Source: Bacillota bacterium
GTDB lineage: Bacteria; Bacillota; Clostridia; Christensenellales; SZUA-584
Length of the DNA stretch: 64,000 nt
Assembly: GCA_023436115.1 (NCBI GenBank)
Contig: JAEZKQ010000024.1
Location: 42,788-106,787 of the forward strand
Reading direction: 5' to 3'
Shown here one piece after another: positions 36,847 through 45,688 of this stretch. Each line of letters opens with the position of its first letter. Positions within the stretch are counted from its first letter, which is position 1. The position numbers were made by a program, and so were the translations under genes. The notes under the pieces were generated by a model, which had not been told where the DNA came from, did not search any database, and saw only the letters and a program-made list of their open reading frames with translations.

Positions 36847-37395
36847 TTACTGAGGAATGCCATATTCCAACGTATTGGGGTCTTGAAACAAAGGATTCAT
36901 TGGCGGATAGTATGTGAAAACAACTAATATGAAGAACATCGCGATGATAATGACGAACGATGCAATGTGGTATGCAGGCCCAGACAGCTTTGTTTTTGAT
37001 ATCGTGGCTTTGTAGGCCAGGTAAACACCCAGTACTATGACAACGAACGTAATAATCAGATTGACGACAACGGAGTCGACACCCAGCGTTTTTGATAAAT
37101 AATACAGGAACAGCATCACAAAAGGCATCAACGGCAGGATAATTGTATGAGCAAATAAAAAGTTCGGAAAGCTTTTACCCACCGTAGAACGTCCGATAGC
37201 AAAATAGATCAGCATGGGGAAAAAGAACAGCTTTGTATGCTCCCACGGGCTTTCATTTACCGGACTTATGCTTCCGATCAAACCGGATGGTGCCCACTTA
37301 TATAGATAGTGCCAAAGAACGGCGAGTCCGAAGATCACAAAAACACCGATGATACCCCATATTTTTAAGTTTCTACGCTCTTTATTGACAATCAT
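36847..37395 (-). CDS. multi-pass membrane protein (DUF6512-like)
   Basis: Five or six hydrophobic helices and a WEHTK motif. Confidence 0.5.
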   Translation of the reverse strand: MIVNKERRNLKIWGIIGVFVIFGLAVLWHYLYKWAPSGLIGSISPVNESPWEHTKLFFFPMLIYFAIGRSTVGKSFPNFLFAHTIILPLMPFVMLFLYYLSKTLGVDSVVVNLIITFVVIVLGVYLAYKATISKTKLSGPAYHIASFVIIIAMFFILVVFTYYPPMNPLFQDPNTLEYGIPQ

Positions 37396-37431
37396 ATTAC
37401 TATTTTGTGCGTAGAAACTACATAATATGAC

Positions 37432-38781
37432 TTAAATCAGAATTTCCAGCGCATCAAATACATGGCGAACGCCGTGCACCTGAATACCATCGGGTGCTTT
37501 CAACCCTGCCAGATTCGATTTTGGAATCACAGCGCGCTTAAAGCCCATTTTCGCGCATTCCATAAGCCGCTTTTCTATTTGCCCCACAGCCCGAACCTCA
37601 CCGGTCAGCCCCACTTCACCGATGGCTACCGCGTCGCTGATAGGCGCATCGCGAAAGCTCGATACGATACTGGCTGCCATAGCCAGATCCGCCGCAGGCT
37701 GGTTTAAACGCATACCGCCTGCCACATTTAAATAAACGTCCTGATTATAGAGCTTTAAACCCATGCGCTTTTCCAACACAGCCACCATAAGCGCCATGCG
37801 GCCAAAATCCAGCCCGGAGGTCATACGGCGCGGCATCTGAAACGACGTGGGACTGACAAGTGCCTGAATTTCCAGCAGGACGGGTCGCGTGCCTTCAATG
37901 GCCGGGTACACACAAGAACCTGAAACCTCCTTTGCCCGCTCACCCAACAGCATGCCTGAAGGGTTTTCCACCTCAATCATGCCGTCGTCACGCATATCAA
38001 ATACGCCGATCTCGTTTGTGGACCCAAAACGGTTTTTGACGGTGCGCAGTATGCGGAATGTTCCTTGCCGCTCTCCTTCAAAGTATAGAACGGTATCCAC
38101 CATATGTTCCACCATGCGCGGCCCTGCAATTGCCCCCTCCTTGGTGACGTGACCGATTATAAATATCGCTGTGCCGGTCGTTTTTGCCTCGCGCGTTAAA
38201 AGCGCAGCACACTCTTTAATCTGGCTCAGGCTTCCCGCCGCCGGACCCAAACGCGAGGAATACATGGTCTGAATAGAGTCAACGACCACAAAATCAGGCG
38301 CGTTTTCACGTATGCGCACAATGGCGCTGTTCACTTCCGTTTCGCTTAAGAGCTTCATATCGCTCTGTATGCCGAGCCTCGCGGCGCGCAGGCGAATCTG
38401 GCGCAGTGATTCCTCGCCGGATATATAAAGCACGCTTTTGCCCGTTTTGGCCATGGAGTCGGCCACCTGAAGGAACAGCGTCGATTTACCGATACCCGGT
38501 TCGCCTCCTGCCAGCACGACCGAGCCTTCCACAACCCCGGCCCCCAGTACGCGATCCAGCTCGTTATATCCCGTACTCCATCGCGCAGTATCTTCCATCG
38601 ACACATCCTTAAGTAAAACTGCCTGAGCACCCAAGGACATACCGGCAAGACTATTAACAGGCGTTAACAGCACTTTTTCCTCAAGCGTATTCCAAGCCCG
38701 GCATGACGGACACTGCCCCAGCCATTTTGTGCTCTGATAACCGCATTCGCTGCAAACAAACGCGTTTTTTTCCTTTGCCAT
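37432..38781 (-). CDS. radA: DNA repair protein RadA/Sms
   Basis: The start at 38781 (MAKEKNAFVCSECGYQSTKWLGQCPSC) follows GAGGAGGG. Walker A GEPGIGKST, KNRFG motif and a Lon-like C-terminus. Confidence 0.95.
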   Translation of the reverse strand: MAKEKNAFVCSECGYQSTKWLGQCPSCRAWNTLEEKVLLTPVNSLAGMSLGAQAVLLKDVSMEDTARWSTGYNELDRVLGAGVVEGSVVLAGGEPGIGKSTLFLQVADSMAKTGKSVLYISGEESLRQIRLRAARLGIQSDMKLLSETEVNSAIVRIRENAPDFVVVDSIQTMYSSRLGPAAGSLSQIKECAALLTREAKTTGTAIFIIGHVTKEGAIAGPRMVEHMVDTVLYFEGERQGTFRILRTVKNRFGSTNEIGVFDMRDDGMIEVENPSGMLLGERAKEVSGSCVYPAIEGTRPVLLEIQALVSPTSFQMPRRMTSGLDFGRMALMVAVLEKRMGLKLYNQDVYLNVAGGMRLNQPAADLAMAASIVSSFRDAPISDAVAIGEVGLTGEVRAVGQIEKRLMECAKMGFKRAVIPKSNLAGLKAPDGIQVHGVRHVFDALEILI

Positions 38782-38945
38782 ATCCGCCCTCCTCAGCTTG
38801 CGCTCTAATTCAACTTTTATACTGTGACTTATTATATATGTTTTCTTCGCAAAGGCAAAGCCCATTCCCTGCATGAAAACAAGCCCCAAAGCTAAGCTTT
38901 AAGGGCCTGTCTCATCTATCTCATGCTGCTGCACTGTGCCAAATT

Positions 38946-39977
38946 TTAAATGGCAAGATCGATATGATGGATGGTGCCTACAGTACCGTTTTCTTTTAAA
39001 TAAATCGAACTGCTCTTCATTTCACCATATTCATCCGTCATATCCTTAAATTCAAATTGCGTGCTGATATCATTAAGGTATATCGCCCCAATTCCCACAT
39101 CACCCAACTTAAACAGCGTTCTTTGCCCGTCCTGCGTCATCGAAAGCACCGATAATCGGCTAAACACCTCATCCGCTTCATCAATCCAGCCGTTCTTGTC
39201 GGTATCATAAGCACGCAGATCCGCAAAGCCATTGCCGCTTTGCGGCCCGAAAAGCTCACTGCCGTCGTTTATAACGCCGTCGCCGTTTTTGTCGAGCGCC
39301 AGAAAACCGCTGTTGCCCGTCGCAAAGGATATGTTGTCCATCACCCCGTCCGCATCCAGATCAAAGGCCTGCTTATTGGTGCTCAGCGTTGGTGCGCCGC
39401 CACCCATGACAACCACAAGCGGGTCAACCATTTTCGCGTCTCCCATGCGTATGCTTAGATTTGTCTGCTCATAGTATGAACGGGACATAGAAAATACCAT
39501 GTTAAATGAAATTTTACGCCCGTCGGCTGTTTTCACATAACCACCGGAATCAAAACGGATATTTTCCTGTTCCGAATAAATTTCCTGATAATCATACCGC
39601 ATTCCCCAGCCGTTTAAGTTTCCTGGCTGCTGCAAATTGATTGTTATACCGAGGGCAGTTTGGTTGCTCTTAGTAAGCAATTCTTTGGCATGATTTTTGA
39701 ATTTTATGCGTTTACCTGACAATTGATAAACTAATGCTTCGATAAGTTTTATTTTCGTATCAGTATTAATCTCGTCAATTGATTTGGCTTCAGTATTCAA
39801 ATATGTCTTTTCGGTGTTAAACTGATAAAGCGAGCCTCTTATATCAATAATAAACGCTCGCTCGTCACCTGTCTCATCCTGAGCGCCTGTCCACACTTCA
39901 AGGCTTTCCGATACACTTTTTTCCTTGGATAAACTATGTGAACTGCTTTGCTGAATATTATAGCTATCAATTTTCAT
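38946..39977 (-). CDS. hypothetical protein with EF-hand/dockerin-like calcium-binding loops
   Basis: AAGGAGG RBS before the ATG at 39977. DLDADGVMDN, DKNGDGVINDGSELFG and DTDKNGWIDEADEVF. No signal peptide. Confidence 0.6.
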   Translation of the reverse strand: MKIDSYNIQQSSSHSLSKEKSVSESLEVWTGAQDETGDERAFIIDIRGSLYQFNTEKTYLNTEAKSIDEINTDTKIKLIEALVYQLSGKRIKFKNHAKELLTKSNQTALGITINLQQPGNLNGWGMRYDYQEIYSEQENIRFDSGGYVKTADGRKISFNMVFSMSRSYYEQTNLSIRMGDAKMVDPLVVVMGGGAPTLSTNKQAFDLDADGVMDNISFATGNSGFLALDKNGDGVINDGSELFGPQSGNGFADLRAYDTDKNGWIDEADEVFSRLSVLSMTQDGQRTLFKLGDVGIGAIYLNDISTQFEFKDMTDEYGEMKSSSIYLKENGTVGTIHHIDLAI

Positions 39978-40031
39978 AGTCGGCCTCCTTGCCAATTCGC
40001 TCCTTAAAACAATAACTCCTCTCCTATATTT

Positions 40032-40058
40032 CTATCGTGATAACCTCATGATAACTTA
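40032..40058 (-). promoter_or_regulatory. sigma-D (sigma-28)-like promoter candidate
   Basis: Minus-strand reading is TAAG, 15-nt spacer, CACGATAG, against the consensus TAAA-N15-GCCGATAA. Confidence 0.3.
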
Positions 40059-40102
40059 ACAGGAGAGCGGGGCGTTTTAGCATAATTGCCCGATATTTCT
40101 TG

Positions 40103-40738
40103 TTATAGGAGTAAATTATCTATTTTATTGACTGCTTTGGCTATCGCCTCACGACGTTCTTCCTCTGTGGTGCCCGTTCCGTCCACTAATAGCTCATCAA
40201 AGCGACCGATACCCATGAACCTCATCACATCGTGCACATAATTGAGACCCTTATTAAGCGCGGGACGAATCAGCCAAGGAATATGGCCGCCCGAAGACTG
40301 GACATAAATAAACCATCTGAATTTATTGTCAAGCAAACCATGTGGCTTATTGTTTTCAAATTCTATTGTCTTTCCTGCCTGAATCACGCAATCGATATAC
40401 TCTTTGACTGGTGCAGGGAAAGAAAGACTCCACATCGGTGTGGCTAAGACATATACACTGGCATCGCGAAATTGATCACACAATCGGATAATTTGATTGA
40501 CTTCTTCCTGTTCTTTGGCACTTAGCCTGCTCCTTGCCTCCTCGCTGATAATCGTGCTTCTGCTTTCAAAATAGATATGCTTCAACTGCGGAATATGCTC
40601 CTTGTATAGATCAACCTCTTCCAGCTGTAATTCTGGGTCGTTAGACATTAGCCTGTTTACAAGCTCACGCGCAACAGTTTTGCTTGAAGAGAGATCTTCA
40701 GGCTTGGTATTTGCAGAAATATAGAGAAGTTTTTTCAT
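40103..40738 (-). CDS. azoR: FMN-dependent NADH-azoreductase / flavodoxin-like quinone reductase
   Basis: MKKLLYISANTKPEDLSSSKTVA... and PMWSLSFPAPVKEYID are AzoR-like. Confidence 0.75.
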   Translation of the reverse strand: MKKLLYISANTKPEDLSSSKTVARELVNRLMSNDPELQLEEVDLYKEHIPQLKHIYFESRSTIISEEARSRLSAKEQEEVNQIIRLCDQFRDASVYVLATPMWSLSFPAPVKEYIDCVIQAGKTIEFENNKPHGLLDNKFRWFIYVQSSGGHIPWLIRPALNKGLNYVHDVMRFMGIGRFDELLVDGTGTTEEERREAIAKAVNKIDNLLL

Positions 40739-40803
40739 GACGGACTCCTATTGATTTTGTATTGTATATAGTTTCGACTGCTATCTCGTATTTATGCGGT
40801 TGC

Positions 40804-40832
40804 AAAAAAAAAGAACTGCGGCTGCAGTTCTT
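40804..40832 (-). terminator. intrinsic terminator after hsp20
   Basis: AAGAACTGC/GCAGTTCTT stem with a T-run on the minus strand. Confidence 0.7.
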
Positions 40833-40842
40833 ATAGTATATG

Positions 40843-41235
40843 TTATTCAATTTCGATGCGTTTTTCTTCAGCTCCCTTTTTTGGAAGAGTGACATAAAGC
40901 ACACCGTTTTCCATTTTAGCGGATATGTTCTCCTCTTCAATATTCTCAAGCACAAACCGTCTTGACAAATCACCCTCAGGTCTTTCTTTTCTCACATACC
41001 GGCTAGCTTCTTCTTGCTGCGCTTCTTTGGCCTTAACGCTGATTGTCAGTACACTCTTTTCGCAAACAAGTGTGACATCCTCTTTCTGTACACCGGGAAC
41101 CTCTGCTTCCACCACAAAAGCGTCTTTTTGCTCTTTCACATTCGCTCTGATCGTACCAACGGCGGAAGCATTATCATTAAAATAATCTCTCCATAATCGT
41201 CCTGTCACAATTGGGCTGTATGGTATCAATGTCAT
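40843..41235 (-). CDS. Hsp20/alpha-crystallin small heat-shock protein
   Basis: ACD pattern (DAFVVEAEVPGVQKEDV ... ENGVLYVTLPK). Confidence 0.9.
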   Translation of the reverse strand: MTLIPYSPIVTGRLWRDYFNDNASAVGTIRANVKEQKDAFVVEAEVPGVQKEDVTLVCEKSVLTISVKAKEAQQEEASRYVRKERPEGDLSRRFVLENIEEENISAKMENGVLYVTLPKKGAEEKRIEIE

Positions 41236-41284
41236 AATCAGACGCCTCCTTAATAGCTTTTTGTTATAATTACTTTAACACATT

Positions 41285-41301
41285 GGTCAAGGTTAGTCAA
41301 A
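41285..41301. promoter_or_regulatory. CtsR-box-like tandem heptad upstream of hsp20
   Basis: GGTCAAG-GTT-AGTCAAA against the consensus RGTCAAA-NAN-RGTCAAA. It overlaps a putative TTGACC -35. Confidence 0.5.
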
Positions 41302-41414
41302 GTCTATCCTGTGCGAATACTGTACAAAACACGTCAGATTTCTTATTCATGAGCGGATATTTTAGAATAGTTAGCCCATATGCTGTTATTTGCCCTTTCT
41401 CGACCATTAAGACC

Positions 41415-41446
41415 AAAACAAAAAACGGCGAATAACCGCCGTTTAA
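41415..41446 (-). terminator. intrinsic terminator after the aminotransferase gene
   Basis: AAACGGCG/CGCCGTTT stem with a T-run on the minus strand. Confidence 0.65.
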
Positions 41447-41467
41447 AAACAAATCCTATCTATTTGC

Positions 41468-42640
41468 TTATAAGCTCTCAACAAAGCTTTTTATTCTGAT
41501 TAAGGCTTCCTTTAAGTTGGGCAGCGACGACGCATAAGAACAGCGGATGAAATTATCCACACTATCTCCAAAGGCGGTACCCGGTACACAAGCAACCTTT
41601 TTTTCATAAAGCAGCCGCTGACAAAATTCGTCGGATTTGAGACCGGTCGAGCTGATATTGGGGAATATATAAAATGCGCCCAACGGTTCAAAACAGGTTA
41701 ACCCCATCTCATTAAACGATGTGTACATAAGCCGCCTGCGTCTATTATATTCATTGACCATTTTTTTAACCTGTACAAAACCATGACTGCATTCATAGCG
41801 CAGCGCCTCTATCCCGGCCTCCTGGCTCATAGACGACGCGCACAGCATTGAGTATTGATGGATCTTCACCATCGCGTCAATTAGCGGCTTGGGGCCTGCC
41901 GCGTATCCCAAACGAAAACCAGTCATTGCAAAAGCTTTGGAAAAACCGTTAATCACAACAGTGCGCTCATACATACCCGGCAGCGATGCAATCGAGAAAT
42001 GCTGCTGGTCATATGTCAGCTCTGCATATATTTCGTCAGCAATAACAATAAGATCGTTTTCGATAATAATATCAGCGATCTTCTCGTAGTCCTCCATGGT
42101 CATAATCGCGCCTGTCGGGTTATTCGGAAACGCAATGATAACCGCCTTGGATTTTTTTGTGATAGCGCGCCTTAGGCTTTCGGGAGTAATACGAAAATTA
42201 TCAGCTTCCTGAAGTATCATAGGCACCGGCGTCCCGCCCGCAAAACTCACGCCAGGCATATAAGCCACATATGAAGGCGCAGGAACGATGATCTCATCGC
42301 CCGGATTCATGATTGCGCGAAACGCAAGATCAAGCCCTTCGCTGGCTCCCACAGTCACAACGATCTGGTTGGGTTCATAGCTAAGGCCAAAACGCATATC
42401 CATATATTCGCCTATGGCTTTTCTAAGTTCAGTACTCCCATGGTTGGATGTGTAATGGGTACGGCCTGACTCCAAAGCATAAATAGCGCTTTCACGTATG
42501 TTCCACGGTGTGTCGAAATCCGGCTCCCCCACTCCGAGAGAGATACAATCCTTCATCTCACTCGCAATATCAAAAAATTTGCGTATTCCTGAAGGGGGCA
42601 CATCCTTCACTCTTGCGGATATCTTCTGATCAATAGTCAT
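41468..42640 (-). CDS. class I/II PLP-dependent aminotransferase (aspartate aminotransferase-like)
   Basis: SKAFAMTGFRLGY (PLP lysine) and PNNPTG. Confidence 0.85.
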   Translation of the reverse strand: MTIDQKISARVKDVPPSGIRKFFDIASEMKDCISLGVGEPDFDTPWNIRESAIYALESGRTHYTSNHGSTELRKAIGEYMDMRFGLSYEPNQIVVTVGASEGLDLAFRAIMNPGDEIIVPAPSYVAYMPGVSFAGGTPVPMILQEADNFRITPESLRRAITKKSKAVIIAFPNNPTGAIMTMEDYEKIADIIIENDLIVIADEIYAELTYDQQHFSIASLPGMYERTVVINGFSKAFAMTGFRLGYAAGPKPLIDAMVKIHQYSMLCASSMSQEAGIEALRYECSHGFVQVKKMVNEYNRRRRLMYTSFNEMGLTCFEPLGAFYIFPNISSTGLKSDEFCQRLLYEKKVACVPGTAFGDSVDNFIRCSYASSLPNLKEALIRIKSFVESL

Positions 42641-43131
42641 GGCGAAATTACCAGCCTTTCCTCTTGCTCTTTCACAGTGAGTATCACGCCCTGCTCTTTA
42701 TACTTTCTCATAATAAAGTGCGTCACTGTACTTGATACACCTTCCAATACAGCAAGCTTCTCAAATACAAACTGAGAGATCTGTTTCATACTTCCTGCTC
42801 TGACGGTCACGGAGAGGTCATACGCTCCAGACATTAAATAGACCGATTTTACTTCAGAAAAACCATATATACGCTCAGCTAGCTCATCATACCCATGGCC
42901 TCTTTTGGGAACAACCTTCACCTCGATGAGTGCTTCGGCCTCCTCGGATGCCACCTTTTCTCTGTTGACAATCGCCGAATATTTCACAATTATTTTTTCT
43001 TTCTCCATAATCGCAATAGCTTCATTCACCTGCTCAAGCGAAGCCCCGGTCATTACAGCGATCTCTTCCGGCGTCACCTTGGCATCATGCTCCAAGAGAT
43101 CGAGAATTTCACAGTATAAAGTACTCCTCAT
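42637..43131 (-). CDS. Lrp/AsnC-family transcriptional regulator
   Basis: N-terminal HTH and C-terminal RAM-like domain. 4-nt overlap with the aminotransferase gene. Confidence 0.8.
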   Translation of the reverse strand: MRSTLYCEILDLLEHDAKVTPEEIAVMTGASLEQVNEAIAIMEKEKIIVKYSAIVNREKVASEEAEALIEVKVVPKRGHGYDELAERIYGFSEVKSVYLMSGAYDLSVTVRAGSMKQISQFVFEKLAVLEGVSSTVTHFIMRKYKEQGVILTVKEQEERLVISP

Positions 43132-43262
43132 CGATATTCCCTCCGTGCAAAACGTTGTTCTTGGTATTCTACCACCTTCATTTCAGTGCGTCAAACACCT
43201 GAGTTTTTATTTTCGGTCATATTTACATTTTATATCAACTGCCTTTTACATTTCTTAGGTAT

Positions 43263-43298
43263 ACAAAAAGCGCTGTACTTATTTTAAGCACAGCGCTT
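43263..43298 (-). terminator. intrinsic terminator after the zinc-ribbon gene
   Basis: AAGCGCTGT/ACAGCGCTT stem with a T-run on the minus strand. Confidence 0.6.
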
Positions 43299-43314
43299 GT
43301 CTGCTGATTAACCT

Positions 43315-43596
43315 TTAGTAACGATCTCTTCTTGATCTGAAGCAATCGCTGCAATACACCGGTCTCTCACCTGTCGGCTGGAACGGAACCTTTGTATTTG
43401 CACCGCACTCCGCACAGGTCGCATCAAACATAGGACGATCGCTCGTTCTCTTCTGGTGTTTTCTGGACTGGCGGCACTGCTGGCAGCGCTTGGGCTCGTT
43501 CTCAAAACCCTTTTCCCGATAGAATTCCTGCTCGGAAGCGGTAAATACAAATTCAGAACCGCAATCCGCACACGTTAGTGTCCTGTCTTCAAACAT
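43315..43596 (-). CDS. zinc-ribbon protein (CxxC-x17-CxxC type)
   Basis: AAGGAGAA RBS before the ATG at 43596. CADCG...CQQCR and CAECG...CSDCF. Confidence 0.7.
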   Translation of the reverse strand: MFEDRTLTCADCGSEFVFTASEQEFYREKGFENEPKRCQQCRQSRKHQKRTSDRPMFDATCAECGANTKVPFQPTGERPVYCSDCFRSRRDRY

Positions 43597-43853
43597 TTTT
43601 TCTCCTTTTTTTGTAACCATGGTTCTTAAAGACGAGATGACATTTCTTAACTCCGGTTTAATGTTACTTTCGAACACCAGCGCGGCCAGAAACTTTTTCT
43701 TCGGCTTTTGAACGACCATTGTATTTTATATGTACTACATATGCAATACATATTTATCTAATAATATCACCAAACTGCTCTTGCGTCAACACTGTTGCAG
43801 CGCAAATTGCCCGTTTATAAGCCCTTTTTCGATGCCTAATCACGAAGCAGAAA

Positions 43854-45584
43854 CTATGCCGTTGGCGAGGTAGCAGGTTGTTCTGGCGTTTCCGTGGGCG
43901 GCTGATCCGGTGGTCCTGAGGGATCCGTAGGCGGCGGTGTCGGCGTTACAACCGGTATACTCGGATCAGCGTAATTAGCATAGACTAAACCCGTATATGA
44001 CCGGTAGGAGCTTTTCTCATACACTTCGGTATGAAGCTCTTTACCGTTAAGATCGAGTATATGCTTATACGATGTCGCTGATGTCGATCCGCGCGCTTCC
44101 CTGTAGGTCACGGATTTTCCAACGGGTATCCGAGTGCCGTCAGGAGTAACGGTCGCGTTGTAGACAATCGTTGTTTCAGGTTTCGCACCTGTACCTCCCC
44201 TCTCTGACGTAAACGTAAGAATCACATCGCCATAGGTGGGGTCTACAACAGGCGTCCCGTAAATCTCTACTGTGACATTCTTTTCTTTGTAATTGATATA
44301 CGACACGATAAACATCGGTGTCGGGTTATTATTCTTAAGTTTTAGATCGGGGCCGCCTGTGCTGATCGTCGCATCCAGTCCGATCGGGATATAATCCGAA
44401 ATAATCGAATGATGCTTGTAATCCGTGACTTCAATACCCGATCTGATAGCCGCATTGTATAGCGTGCTGGAAATCTGGCACACACCGCCGCCCGGATCGG
44501 GCACAAAAGCGCCGCCGTTAATTCCCGCCGCTTCCTTCCAGCCGGTCGATGTCTTTCTCGGGCCAGCCTCTTCGTTGACCGACCATTCCACACCCGGCTG
44601 CAAAATGATGCCACCTACAATATCACACATTTTGGCTACATTATACACACGGTTCGAGCCATCATGATTTGAATAACTTGATGTCCACGATGCCACAAGC
44701 TGTGTCTGCGCTTTAATCTGCTCAAGCGTCACAGTAGGTTCCGTGACTTGAGTCGGAGTTGAGATGACGGACGTCAAATCGCCGTTTTGCACCGCTTCAA
44801 GTATCAGCGCTGCCAGTTCGTCCACATCTGTCTTCGTTCCCCTTTGCTCAGGCGTATATAAAAAGCGCGATATGTTGGCATCCTTAGGTATATAATTTTC
44901 GATATATTTTTTGTTCTGCCAATACTGATACCGAAACTTATTCGGCATCTCGGTATCAGGAATACGCACAAGTCCCGAAACTTCCTCTGTTCCTTTTCCA
45001 TAAGAATCGGTCGGTATGGTATATGGCGTGCCGTCTTCAAAATAGCCATCCGGCATAAACGTATAGGTGGCATCCTTAGCCTCAACGTTAAACGGTTCGC
45101 CCAAAGATACTAAAGCTGCTTTGACACTTGCTTCGTCTGCGGAAATGCTGACTTTAAAATCTTTTCCGCCGTCCTTAATGTCCGCAAGTTCTTCACTGCG
45201 CTTTTTAAAATCCCCGCTGCGGCTAAATTCTGAGGCTTGGGCAATGATGTCCTCATAATCGGTTGTGAGGCCGATAGTCTCAGCGTCAAGCGCCGTCACG
45301 ACGCCGCCGACATCAAATTGAAGCTGTGTGGCATCCATCAAATCAGCCGCGAGAGCTTTCGTGGCCTCACGCGCTTCTTCTTTCGTCATCCCGGAGATAT
45401 CAATGCCGCCGACGCTCACACCATTTGCTATCGTGCCATAGTCTAATATACGCTCAATGTTGCTTGCATCCTTAGATCCAAAAACCAGAACACCAGCTAC
45501 ACCCAACGCGACAATGAGTACACTCACAGACACGATTAAGAATATTTTTAAGCCCTTATTGTTCTTGCCCTTTCCGTCGGCCAT
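43854..45584 (-). CDS. membrane-anchored VanW-family protein with PG-binding-like N-domain, G5-like module and Pro-rich tail
   Basis: N-terminal TM. GVSVGGIDISGMTKEEA. VanW strings (GPRKTSTGWKEAAGINGG, PGGGVCQISSTLYNAAIR). Confidence 0.8.
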   Translation of the reverse strand: MADGKGKNNKGLKIFLIVSVSVLIVALGVAGVLVFGSKDASNIERILDYGTIANGVSVGGIDISGMTKEEAREATKALAADLMDATQLQFDVGGVVTALDAETIGLTTDYEDIIAQASEFSRSGDFKKRSEELADIKDGGKDFKVSISADEASVKAALVSLGEPFNVEAKDATYTFMPDGYFEDGTPYTIPTDSYGKGTEEVSGLVRIPDTEMPNKFRYQYWQNKKYIENYIPKDANISRFLYTPEQRGTKTDVDELAALILEAVQNGDLTSVISTPTQVTEPTVTLEQIKAQTQLVASWTSSYSNHDGSNRVYNVAKMCDIVGGIILQPGVEWSVNEEAGPRKTSTGWKEAAGINGGAFVPDPGGGVCQISSTLYNAAIRSGIEVTDYKHHSIISDYIPIGLDATISTGGPDLKLKNNNPTPMFIVSYINYKEKNVTVEIYGTPVVDPTYGDVILTFTSERGGTGAKPETTIVYNATVTPDGTRIPVGKSVTYREARGSTSATSYKHILDLNGKELHTEVYEKSSYRSYTGLVYANYADPSIPVVTPTPPPTDPSGPPDQPPTETPEQPATSPTA

Positions 45585-45688
45585 CCAATCTTCCTCCAGT
45601 ATATATGCTTTCCCAACTTAAATTATCATACAATAAATCCTCTTGTTTGTAAACCACGACAACGGCTGCTTCCTTTCACCCGGAATTC

